Shown here piece by piece: positions 43,665 through 56,600 of a stretch of DNA of 64,000 nucleotides. This DNA is from Daphnia carinata (taxonomy: Eukaryota), in contig NC_081333.1 of assembly GCF_022539665.2 (NCBI RefSeq), forward strand, positions 6,696,001 through 6,760,000. The letters run 5' to 3'. Both the position numbers and the translations under genes were made by a program. The notes beneath the pieces were generated by a model, which ran no database searches, was not told the origin of the DNA, and saw only the letters and a program-made list of their open reading frames with translations. Within the stretch, counting starts at the first letter, position 1, and each line of letters opens with the position of its first letter.

Positions 43665-46600
43665 ATGAAACGACATATAGAGTGGTTTACAGGCCCAGAC
43701 CAAACCCTTAAGGACCGCTCTCGATTCTGGACCTGGAACATGCGCGGACTCCACGGTACAATTTGAACGACGAAGATAGCGAAAAGCTGTGACACTTGCG
43801 TAATTAATTGTTTGTTACAGGTGACATGGATACTAGATACGAGGGTGACCGTCGCTCTTCAACGACTTCGGGACCTCAAGGCCGCCATCTCTACACGAGT
43901 TCGGAGCCCAGCGGCTTCAACTTCCGTCCCTTAGCATCTAACACCTATGGCTATCATCCAAAGGGCGTTTCACTCCATCGTAGACCGGATGCCGGATTAG
44001 CCGCACAGCACGCTTTGGCTCATGAAACGGCTCCCGTCTTGGACAGCAAACGACCTAGTATGTCCATTCAGCATATTGCACGTTTGCTACCGTTACTAAT
44101 GAGATGATGGTTTTCGAAAATTTTGAAACTTTAACATCTATTATAAGTCTATTTTTAGTTCTGCATATTTAGAGCGATTCTTTAAAAGAAATGAGATATG
44201 AATTCGATAGTAATTGGTAAATGATTTCATCTGGTTTCGTTACAACGCGTTGGTACAAGCGATTTTATGGAATTTAAAATAAATTATTATTGTCGACTTA
44301 GCTGCATGTTAACAGCAGATCAGTAAGCAAACAAATTAACATATATTGCTGTTTAAGTTAAAAGAGAGTTTTAAAAGATACTGGCAATCTTTTCCGTCAT
44401 TCTGCTGAATGACGAATACCAAAATTTGCTTATTCTTTTTTCGTGGATATTTTTGTTTCTTTGTTGGCAACGGAACGCTTGGAGAACAACATCACATAGT
44501 TGTTTGTTCAAGATGCACTCTAGAGGTGTGATGGATGAGCAATCGAAGTCGTAAACAATTCCGTGGTTTATTGGGTTACATCTGGAAAGATAAACTCCAT
44601 CACCGTGAAATCATCGCTTTTCGTTTCCAATTACATTTTTGGTTGGTGTTTCTTATCGCGTGTAATCCAACAACATCTCCTGTATTCAGAATGGTCCACA
44701 TCGCTGAAACCGTTGGACGACGTGATGCTGATGCGCGAACCCCGTGCGACTTCGGTACCGCCACGCCGGTCCATGCTGCCCGCCGGCAGCGCCCTCCGTC
44801 GTCTGCCCATCGATCCAGCTCTGGACGACTTGCTCAGTGAGTTTCACGAACTCCGATTTACACCATCGCGTGCTATGCGCCCCAAGTTTTAAAAGGGCTC
44901 AAAGCATAGTGAATGTAGATTGAACAGTGACAGCTATACATTTACTGCCAGGATTGACGAGACGTAACAAACAAACCCGAATCGAAAAGGAATTTTCTGT
45001 CCACCTTTTTATTTTTTGGCCATTTAACACAGTAGTTGACACTTTGGCCTGTATAAATACTTGGTTTTTTTTCCCGTTCTTTTTCTTGGCTTGTTTGTTG
45101 CCGTTTTTCGTATAGGATTAGAGCAAGACTTAACTTCTTATCGTGAGCCCATTTTTTTCGATTTGATTTTTTAACGAGTAAATGTCGAGCTACGCCATTG
45201 GCTCGAAGTGCAAAATTCGACTGTCTTACCCTAAAAAAAATAGGACCTCTTTTTAACTTGTTTTATTTTTTCCAACAAAATAATGGCCGCTTTCCCTTTC
45301 TGCCTTTCGTTTCCCGCCAATAATCCTGTTTGGGCTTGAATGATATACAAAAATTATCAACAACATTCAGCAAGTTTACACAATCAATACAGATGGCCGC
45401 TACAGCTTGCGCCTTATGATGACACATATGGCTAAATAATGCTTACACAAACAAACAGAAGGTGTAAATATGTTACTCAGTCGCATTCAACATAGCATAT
45501 CTCCAGTATCTATTACCTACAGTATGTACAATATATCAAAGTGTTGACGTAATATGGGACATACTGAGTCGTACGATAGCAGAGCAAATCTTATCTGATT
45601 ATAAGAAGCGTTACTTTACCTTGATTATTGTTAGGATACAATCCCAGTGAAGAACAGTCCCTTATTAATAAATTTAGGATTTCAAAATTACATAATACGC
45701 GACCACAGTTTGTTAGGAACAGCTTCGCAAACCGTAGAGAGAAAGTGAGAGAGAAACACAATAAAAATGAAGTAAGAAGAAAAATGGCACATTTAAAACA
45801 ACACGTTCCCTCCCCCTCCTCTGCATATATTTCCCGCTGACGTGTGAAGATCTCCGGACCTGGTCAGAAACCCGTACCGCCTCACCCGAAGAGTTGGATG
45901 AAGCCGAGAAAGCCTTGCACAAGTTGAAAAAAATCGTAGGCTATTGTAAGCCCTACGACAGACACTGTCATAACGCCATTGGCAGCGTGGAAGACATCCT
46001 CCGCAGCGTCGAAAGAAACGCCGAGAGAGCTGCTTCGGCCTCCAGATCCAGGGTACCTGCCGAACCGAAATCCGTCACTTTCGACCCGTACTACACCGAC
46101 TGAAAACAATTTGGCTTAATCGAAACTTTCTTTGCTTCTTCCGATTACCTTCATGAGTGTACTCGTCCCCCTACCTAATAGACATTTTTTTGAACGCCAC
46201 AAATTTACAAGTGCGTACCATAGATTTTGTCGTAGTGTAGTTTACACGTAGCTCGTCATCCAGCCAACTCGCCTTCCTCGTCTGCCCTCCATGTCCATAA
46301 CGACTGATAGTCGTCACAAACTCTCCCTATCCTTTTAGTTGTAAGTATCGCTTTATATTTTGACACTTAAGCCTCATTGATACTGTGTTTCAATAAATCG
46401 ATTGACCAGGAGGTTGATTCGCTATTAGGAAGTTTTGTTACGTTCGTAGACATGCAGAATTATAGTCAAACTCTAGCGAGATAAGAATTTGTTTTTGCTG
46501 CCGTGATTGAAGAAAAATATTTGAAGTAACATTTTTACTTCAGTTCTACTTAGTTAGAATCTAGTGGCAATTGCAGTGAAAAATTTTCTTTTTGTGTCAG

Positions 46601-47750
46601 TCACGTGTTTTGCACTGTCCGAAAATCTCAGACAAGCAGCTGAGACTCATTGATCATTCTGTGCTAGTCCGCCAAATTCCATCCAATGTATTGCCCATGA
46701 TATCTTCCCTAGTCTATTTATATATTTAAAAAAACTATTTAAAGAGTTGGAGTTAGTGCATACTTAGGCTAGTAACTCGGCAACGCCATTTTTTCGCCGT
46801 CTTCGTGTGTTCAAAACGAAGATCGTTTATAGTGTCACTGTCTTTTGTTGACTGAATGACGGGTTGAATTGTTATTTAAGTAAACATTTAGGAGCGCTCT
46901 ACCCAGGTATCAAACCTGAAGTCCTAATCAATTGATGTTGCTTTCAACTTTCTATTTTGCAATCGTTGCACGAACATACCGCGTCGCATGGGCTTCTTTT
47001 TTTCCCGTTCTACGTGCATGCGTTCAACAACAACTTGACCCGTTTTGCTTGAATTATTCATAAGAAAAACCATCAAGAAGTAAGTGAACAACAACTTATT
47101 TGCTTTAAAAAAACCTTCTCGTATTGAGAAAGACTGTTCGTGGTAGCTCGTAGTAGATAATTGGCTCCACAATGTTGTTAAAGTGTGTTGCGACGGTTAC
47201 TTGTACACAGTTCAACTGTCATGTAGCAAGGTAATGTGGGTACGGGATGGAGGCATTAAATGAAAAGAGCAATGGGAGCAATATTCACCAATTAGTGTGT
47301 CGTAGCCATCGTCTTGATGACGAGTGTAGAGGATCTAATGTTTACACATCGAATGACCGGAAAATATCTTCAACCCATCGTCGTAATAGAGCCTCGTCTG
47401 ATTTTGCCACGACGTGGTGTGGCCAACCGAGTTTGGCGACCGTCGCTTTTCTTGGATGACGACGCGCTGCTGAAACCTGGTTCCTGGATCAGTGACCCTT
47501 GGTGGCACAAATACCCCGAATTGCGCCCGTTGGATTTAGCCACCGTCCCGTGGACTCGCCCACCATCTAATTTCCGTTCTAGTTACCTGTCACCCATCAA
47601 ACGCACCTACGTCTGGGGTTATCGCCACCCACTTCGGCCATTTGGTAAAATTTGGATTTTGTTCAGTACTTAAATTTACGTGAAATGAATCGCTACGTTT
47701 TTTTTCTCTTTAAAATCGTAGGCTACAATTCATGGGAATACCGCTATTAA
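43665..47750 (+). CDS. Myofilin-like thick-filament protein with alternative 3' exons
   Basis: Exons 43665-43755 (MKRHIEWFTGPDQTLKDRSRFWTWNMRGLH) and 43821-44057 (GDMDTRYE...SGFNFRPLASNTYGYHPK) resemble the insect myofilin N-terminus as recalled (KNHLEMIG...KAKFWQSYIRSLKG...GYRYLPVSRDTYGYSPR). Downstream exons with phase-1 acceptors: 44690-44836 (or reading on to the stop at 44892), 45850-46103, and 47390-47644 plus 47722-47750 (SDPWW...SYLSPIKRTYVWGYRHPLRPFGYNSWEYRY*). Confidence 0.72.
44149..44158. promoter_or_regulatory. MEF2 consensus site CTATTTTTAG in a myofilin-like intron
   Basis: Exact match to CTA(A/T)4TAG. Confidence 0.45.
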
Positions 47751-48728
47751 TGGCAGTCGTGTGCAAACAATTGGATGCGGACGGGCGGCGTTTCGGACTC
47801 GCAACACTTGCATAGAAACCCCTATCGCACACTTTTCTTCCTTCCATCTTGGGATACCTCTTACAGCTTTATATCAAACCTTTACTTTGCTTAACCATAA
47901 CTTTTTCCCAAAACAACGATTGCCGTGAAGCTATATTGTCATCTCGTGCGATTCAAGACATAATACAAAGGCATTAACATAACTGAAATATGTACATCGT
48001 GTTATTTGCAGCAACTGGGACAATTTCAGACGACGGAAATGTTCAAACAATTATGAAATCGTGATGGTGCTTTATTGCTTCTTATGTTTAGGACGCTGAT
48101 TGAATGCTGGCACCATGGATGTAGTGGACTATAACGTGATATAAATACCATGCTTCTCAGAAGGCTGTTTAGAACATCATTCAAGAGAAACTTGGATTGC
48201 CGACATGGTTGCCGCTATTGCGTATCTTTGGTAACTGGAATACATAGTCTAAATTTAGCCTTTACGTATTAGTTTGTAACGAAGAATAGGACGAATGATT
48301 TCTCAAGCTTCATTCAATTTCCGAAAGCCTGGTGAAGTTTCGCAATAAGTCTAGGCGTTGATCTATGTCGTATAACTAAGCTTTTATCTTCCTTTTTTCT
48401 ATTCCCAGGCTCAGGAACTACCTTTTTTTGAAAGTTTTTTTTTTAGTCTAGTAGGTTAGGATGTTATACGGTTTATTTTTGGATGAAAACGATTTCTACA
48501 TGTTTTTGCGTACAGTGGATAGATAAGACGTAAAACAATGCCTTTTAGTACCAAATCAAGGAATGATTGTAAAAAAAGGGGAAATATAGCAAAAAAAAAA
48601 GGACCTAGTTATAATTCGTGTTATATGGAACTTTAGAAATATCGGTAATCGACTTTAGCCCATCCAAAAATAATAAAGTGCACCTCAATAGTTCTAAAAA
48701 ATTTATATTAGTCGAACCAGTTAGTCGA

Positions 48729-51700
48729 CTACTTTTGTCCTAGAGTTGCAGAGTCGCTAATTTTCTCGTTCGAGTGTTCTTTATGTTCGCTCAGTGAAAC
48801 GGTTTTAAAAATGCTATTGAGTTCCGCCACCAACGTTTCATAGCGGTACGCCACTCGTATATCCGGGACGTTTGTCCTGAATATGTCATTACCAGGCACA
48901 CCTTCCCGCGTGTAATTGGGACCCAGCCAGTGTTGCTTGACCTAGATGTTTAACGGTATTTCGAAAATTAGCATTTGAATGGCGCAAAATGTAATCAGTT
49001 TGTTATCTAATGTTTTTGGAGCTAACGTACTTTATGAGGATAACCACTCATTCGAACAGAATTATGGGCCAATTCGCACATATCACACGGACTCAGTTTC
49101 CACACTTGGGCTGCAATGCTGTATTCTTCCATTAGAGGTTCCTGGTAGTTGCCACACGAATGAAAAAAAAATGAAATATCGATGAGAAATGCATGAATAA
49201 CAAAATAGCTTAAGCCTACGTTTTGAGTGTTATTAGCTAATAAGGAAATACGCGTTTAGGTACCTTGGTAAAATGAAACTGAAGAGGATCATCCGTCGAA
49301 AGAGAAATACACATTCCTCGGGCAAGAAATTCGGGTAGCGGGTTGCGATGATAATTAAGGAAAAGAGAATTGTTACTCAACGGAGACATGGCTATCCCAA
49401 TCTGACAAAGGTAGTACAGATACTGCAACACTGGGACCTGTCAAATGAAAAGTTTCTGTTAGCAAAAACGATACAATACCCAGTTACGTTACTTGTCAAT
49501 AACACCTTTCTTAGCAGCAATCCATGGGAAATGTTTTCAGCTAGAAGGAAACCACATATCAGATGTTGAACCGGTCCTGCTTCCCCGCAGTGAGGTCTGA
49601 AGACAAATGTGTTCATTCCTCGAGACCTGTTATAATATTATAATCAGAAAAGTATATGGTACAAGTCGGTCTTTAGAATGATGATGTTAGCTTACTTTCG
49701 AAACTGATTCAGAACACACATGTTGGCGTACACGTAGTAGACGTAATAAGCATAAGGGGGATTCTCTTCTTCTGTCCATTGTTCGGGTGTAGGAACCTCT
49801 CTGTCGAACACTGGATGTTCAGGCTTACTTTCGTCATCGACGGAATCGAAACCTACCAGCTGCCAATAAAAAAAAAGAAATAAGCAACCACGTATGTTCC
49901 GAGCGGAATTTATGAACAATGGAATAACAAACTGTAGTACTTGTTTGAGAAAACCAATGAAGCTCGGGGTGTGCTTCTGGATTGTTCGTTGCTTCAAACA
50001 GAGGCAGAAAAAGATTGTCGATCAGTTGCTGGAAGTTGCTTATCAGCTTGTTTGAACGATAAATATCACTAGAAAAATACAAAAAAGGTTTATTAACTGC
50101 CCTATGGCCTTTAGCAAATATTCATGCGATAAACTTTAGTGGGGATTAGGCTCACTTACTATAAGCGCGGCATTTGGACTAGCCAACGGATGTTGTCTGA
50201 ATACACTTGGAAATTATGAGCCCACTTGGCCAATTTCTCCCATTCATCGGCAGATTTTCCATACACTGACAGTCGCAATTCGGCATTTTGATACTTGCTT
50301 TCTTCCAAATCTGAGGCAACTTCCTGGAAAAATATACGTCAGTTAAAGATGATTTTTCAGCTGTTTGTTTTCTGCTTTTTAGCTCTTGGCAATACCTTAA
50401 TAATTTCGGCAAAATATTTTCCTCCGACATAGTTATCAGTTTTAAGGAATACTTCACGCAAACGACTTTCTCCGATTGGATTGTATTTAGCATTGAACTT
50501 ATCGAACCTGTGAAAAGTGTTGCGGTCCTAAACAAAAATATTTTTAAAAATAATTTTACTTGTAAATTGTGCAAAAAAACATCTTGTAGAAGCGTACCGC
50601 ATGCACGTCGAGCATATCGACGGTTAAATCGTAGGCAGAAAGGTTCATTTCTTCAAAAACCTGATTCAGTGTCAATTCTTGACCTTTCTTGTTTAGGCAA
50701 ACAACTTCATTACCACTGTCCCTTATTTTCTTCTTGATGAATCGCAGCAAATGCTTCTGATTCATACATGAGGCTGCGTGAATGTGGGTATCCACCTAGA
50801 AAGGCAAATGACAAGACCTCAGCTGAATCTAATTCATTCATGACTCAGTAAAAACATGTTCTCACCTTTCGAATGTTGTAGAAATCCCGATGCGGAACGC
50901 ATTTTTGCAAAGCCAACTCTTGCATTTCGTTGAGCAGGACGTGAAGTTGGTATTTGGCAGAGAGATAAGTAAGTCGGCGATAGCAGAAAGATTTCCTTTT
51001 GACATATATAAGAAGTTTACGTTAGCTTGCTTCAAAAGTGATTCGCAGACATAAAAATAATTACAGTGGTCCATTGGATATCATGTTGCACATCCTGTGA
51101 ACGTCGTCAATGTACTTTTTAAATACTGGATAGGAGAAACTCAAACATTCCCCATTTTCGGCAGCTTCTTCATCTTCATATACTTGAAAAACGCCGTTGA
51201 AGGCTTTCATGACGTAATTTGCTGATGGAGGCATTTCACCGTCGTTGTGTGAAGACAAGAAGTGAGGTGGAGGATGAATTGGGTGATCTAATTTCGAAAT
51301 TTAATACGTTAGTTAAAGTAATTTTATTTCGAAGGCGACGAATGAAAGTCGCTTTTTGCACGGTGCTTGTTCTACAACCTACAATTGCCTTTTTTACTGC
51401 CACGTCCTTCCGAAATAATGTACTATGAGCTCGGCATTATTTTGGCGATAAAAGAGGCATTTGTTCTCTATAGGCACAAATGTACAAACCATCACAGAAC
51501 AGCCCTCAACATTCAAAGAGATCTCGCAAATTTTAGCACCGGACAAGTTGGTCGGTATAATTTATGCTCAGTTCCTCGACTGGGAGGATGCGCGCAAACG
51601 AATGATAGATAAATCTCTATGCGTGTCGTGAGTGGAAATTGAGCCACAAAAAAAAAAATGATTAATTGCAGATCTATGTTAGCCCAAAACTGCACTTGTT

Positions 51701-54700
51701 ACCAATTGGTATCACATGAACCGAGATAGAGGGGAAACGTTCGCAAACGTTGGTAAAAGTAGGATGGGGTCGGCCCCATATGGAAGGAGTAATTTTTGAG
51801 ACAAGGGATTTCACACGGACAAGACGAACACAGAATAAATAAAGACATTTGCTGATGGACCTTTGATACCTGGCTTTTCAGCCATTTGGTATTGAAAACT
51901 GGGAACTTCGCCATCAAAATGATTTGCGGCCTGGCCTCCACCTTTTAGACAACAATCGAATGGTCAGGTAAACATTTACCGATGAAAAAGATACCAATTT
52001 ATATCGATCATTCACAAAAACTGGATATATGCCAGTCATTTACCATAGCCATGATCCACGTTTAGTTTTACCTGCGGTTTGGCTAACATGCCTTCGAAAC
52101 ATAGAGCAAATACGAGAAACTTTTCGAAATAATTTGTTTCATCGCTTTTCAATCCACAATATTATGGTTACAAAATTAAGGAAATGATGTCTACCTTCGA
52201 CTGTTTTTTTTTCTTCGTGAACTGTTTCCACGTGGGCAACGCCATTCTGTTCGTTAGTGTGGAGGAAGCGGGCTGTCGTCGACGGAAAGGAGTGTTCAGC
52301 CGGACGACAGTACTCTCTGCGGAGGGTCAGCGCTTGAATCAGCAATTCAGACGCATCCAGCAAATCTTCATAGGGCACCTTTTCAATTAGAAACAATGTG
52401 ATCGTTATTGAAAAGTCACAATACATAAACCGCAACGTAGGTAGATGACAACAAATGAGATCAGTAGCCAATGGTGTCATTCCACCAATACGCAACTGAT
52501 GGTGTGGAGCTAAATCGATGTTCGAATAACTTGGCACCACAACAATGCCATGTCATCTACTAGCACGGTAAACGCTGGTTAACAAAAAAGGGGGCCAATA
52601 ATCACTGAATTCAAGGCAAGGCCAATTTTACCTCCAGGTTGACTCTAAGCAGCGAACGCCACAATTCCTGATGAGAGATTGCAAATACAACTCGGCTTTA
52701 AATCTCGATCGGCAATGTAATTTCATAACCTACACAGAACTTTCATTTTATCGCTAGCAGCATTAAGACATGTTTTTCTATCCGTTAGGAAAAGCGAGCA
52801 TCCAATGGGATTGTTCTAAGCCTAGCCATGGCCGTTAGTTTTTTTTTTAGCCAATGATTTTTCACCGTCACACACACAAATGCAGGTAACTAAAGAATAA
52901 TAATGAATAAAACTTAACTTACACCTCCTGTATCCTCATCGCCTGTAATAGAGACACGTTGGAAGAGTGGCGTGTAATCCTGTTCATCAGTGGCTACATT
53001 TGCGGCGACCGCCTGAGAAGAATTGGTTTCAATCTTTGGTTCATGGCATGTTGCTAAATGTGGCGCCAATTCGTGCGGGAATCTGAGAATTTTGCAGAAA
53101 AAGAAGTATGTAAATATTCACTATGGCACAAAAGATGGTAAGCAATCTATATTTATAATTAAACAGTGTTTTCCAATTCTCATAACTAAACAATCTTATA
53201 GGCGTTCCGATCCAGTCACCTGACACTAAAAGTGTCATCTGTTTCTACGTATGGACAGGGAATCCTTTGAGACATCGCTTTATTGTCGAATAAAGCGAGA
53301 TCGCATCGGCTTTTATAGCTCTGCGCGCGTGTTTTAAAAAAATCGCAATTGACGTCTAAACGGAGGGAACACAATGGAGACACAAAAAGACAGATGACCT
53401 CCACCAAGAAGCGAAAGCAGTCGATAGGATTAAACACGGAAATGCGTTTCTATGTATACACGACAACAAAACTAACCAGGTTTGCGAACGTTAGCTAACA
53501 CAACGAACAAGGCGTGGTTACCGAAATGGGCGGAGTTTGGGTTTTGCTGATAATGGCAATCTCGTTACGAAAATCAATCGATTCCGTAACGTCAATCAGG
53601 GAACAACAAATCAATCTTATGCTCCAGTGACATCCAAACGTGCAGCATTAGATAATGCAGTTAGAAGACTTAATTAATACGATTTGCAGCAATCCACGGT
53701 AGACTTCATAGATTCTCTCCAAACTTTAAGGTAACTCTGATCCTTGCTATAGAACATTTCCGTGACTGAAAGCATTATGGATTGGTTTAGCGTGCTCAGA
53801 TAATACGAAAAGGGTCCACAGGACTCACTTCAATCATCCAGGTACAATCACCTTAATCGACACGGCTTCTACCCATGGTTTTAGTAGTTAATCAGTAAGA
53901 GTTCCCGCACACAATGCGTCGGAATTTTTACAACACGTGTACAGGATGAAACAAAAGAGCGAAGTGGAAAGACACGCGTCACTAGAAAAGTGAAGCACTG
54001 CACGAATAAGAGGTCTCACCTGAGACTCAGTTGCCTCTGAATGGCTAATTTCCGTTCGATTTCTTCGATGGGGAATTGCGGGACTTCGTACGGAGCAGAA
54101 ATCTCGTTAGGGGTCGCACGGTTTGTCCGATTGGTTGACGATAGTTCCTGAAAGCCGTCTTCTGGACCCAAAACGGGTGACAACAAGCTTCGACCGCCAT
54201 ACGAGAAGCACGCACTCTTCTGGCTGAAGTTCGGGCTTTCGCTTTCTAAAAAGAGTGATCATTCAAAGTTATTAGAAAATTATTCCGAAGATGTAACAGC
54301 ATCAAAGTTCATAGATAAACAAGGTTAGTGTGCACACTTGAAAATAACTAAGTTGAGTGGTCGATTTTTCTCCAAAGAAACTCAATCGACTCGCAGTTTA
54401 CGTAGTGGGAATGCTTTAGAGTGGTTGACCTGAACGTAAAACACGACCTAGTTATGATCCTTTCACCATGACAAAGAAAAAGGTTGTATAACAATTCATT
54501 TACACCAAAGTTTCATTTTACTTTCTTTTTCTTACGAGGGTGGGGGTGAGAAGAGATCGATTAATTTTCGATGCATTAGCAATGCCATCTTTCGATTCTA
54601 AGAAACAACTATTAGTATTAATAGTTTTGAAAAACTGGTTTGGGCCGGAAAGGCCAAGGGCGACTACCGTTCTGTTATTGACACATTCCAAATTTTTTTA

Positions 54701-56134
54701 GGGCTTTCTGTGCTCCAAAAATATGGAACTAGAAAAAAAATGACAGAATTTCCGTCGTGGTTCACTATTTCCCTCTAGTCAGTGCTACTTCACTCACTCT
54801 TAATAGCTATACTCGTCCCAATAACACAGATCCTACTTTACGGGATTCCCTTTCACCTGATCGGCTACTGCGCCATTGGGGTATAGCAATTGGTAACGAT
54901 CGATAACTCATTTTTCCTTTTAAAAAAATACAGGTTTCAAATTGTCCAATTGTTTGCAAACAGCAAATAATATACGAACAACAGGACCGTGACCGAAGGT
55001 TGTCAGGCTACAACTGAGGGTTTTACATAAAAAAATGCTGGTGAAAGAGCCTAGAAGGAATGCGAAGGCCCGGACCCTGCTACTGGAATACGCCGGTTAT
55101 TTATAAACTTACTTGCCATACTAACAGCCATGGATACACGGGCGTATTGCAGTGGCAAAATTGTTAAGCTATTAACCAAAAGTACGAAACCATTATGACA
55201 CAACATCTAGACGTTTTTCCCATTTACGAAATAATTGTCTTCCTTTGTCCCAACCTATTTTTGGCAATCAAATACCAATATTTAATTTACGTGCAGTCAG
55301 ACCAAGCATATAATGAAAATATAATTTTTTCTTAATGCCTGGTTTTCATCGCTTTATCTGGGCGGGATCATAGATTGACGGACGTTGAAGATCCTTTACC
55401 CAGCCTTTATCAAAATGGAGGAAAGGCACTCTCAGCAGTTCCATTAACCATATGTTATTATTTTAATAACTGGGTTTGACCTGGAAGTAGACTGTTTTCT
55501 TTTTTTCAATGCCGAGTCGACAATTTCTCTTCTCTTGCTTCATGCATCATTAATGTACTTGAAAGCGAAAACAACAAAAAAAAAGGAAAAAAAAAGAAAT
55601 CTAACATGCCCTCGGAGCGAACTATCTGCCAGTGAAAAAAGCGTCCCCAATGCGGTCGCACTACTCTCATTCCTGGCTTCTTATCGATTGACTGTGCTAC
55701 AAAGGCCAGTGGATCCACCTCGCGCATGGCCTTGTGGCACGTTGATATTCATCGGTGCGACGTAGTCTATGTCTCGATTTCCACATCAGACAATAGTACG
55801 GAAAATCATATCTCCACAGTCAGAATACCACTGTATATCTCAAGATTAAATGCACTTCACTTCGCGCCTATTTCTTTGGTGTCGACATATTGGTATGCAT
55901 AGACAGTACGTCCGTGAATAGAACGATTACGTCATCCCAATATGACAGAGATATAATTAAAACAAATACACGTGGGCCACGCTGTAGCTTTAACAGCATT
56001 AATGACATATTATGGATACATAGGGATTAAATGAAGTTTCTATCAAACTCACCTTGGCGATAAGACGTAAGACTTTGTAAATCGTCGTGGCTATTCAAGT
56101 GCGAACCGTTCAGGTTGTCATGATTAGTCGCCAT
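48729..56134 (-). CDS. AMPD: AMP deaminase (AMPD2-like), multi-exon, alternatively spliced
   Basis: Exons encode [119 protein letters not shown] and [16 protein letters not shown]; stop TAG 48731-48729. The likely first coding exon is 56134-56053 (MATNHDN...YRQ g|gtgagt), in phase with exon 54245-54020. Confidence 0.95.
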
Positions 56135-56600
56135 TCTAAATCTCTTGTTTTACTTTTCTCTGTTTAGACCCAATGAATGCATGCAATGTCTTAGTTTATG
56201 TCGTAACGTGCATGCACCGTTACAGAACGACTTTCAGTCACGAACTGACACTGTTCACAGAGATCTTGGACGTTAGTATCAATCGAAAAAACGAATGAAA
56301 GCATAGTTAGGATCGATCTCGCCAGATGCCAGTGTCGACGTATAATCAAACCGGTAAACAAATAAATAGAAATATGTCGAAACAGCATAAAGGGAGTATG
56401 ATTACCAGTATATACTAGGAACTGATAAAAGTTGATTAAATTTTTGTTGACTCATATTTCACCTCAGCTAGGCAGGAAGAGCGTTTTTTTTTCTTTGCAA
56501 GTAGTCATTTGGGGCTTAATTTGCCCAGAACCACAAGTTACCTAAGTCTTATTTCTCGTAATCCACTAACCTACCAATTCACGGGGGAAATCACTCCACA
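56135..56600. promoter_or_regulatory. Short divergent (head-to-head) intergenic region between AMPD and the TRAFD1-like gene
   Basis: The two predicted start codons (56134 minus, 56601 plus) are under 0.5 kb apart and point away from each other. Confidence 0.55.

Noticed and set aside
52072..52091. AG/GT-bounded 20-nt segment in an AMPD intron
   Set aside because: Not a multiple of 3, so inclusion alone would frameshift.
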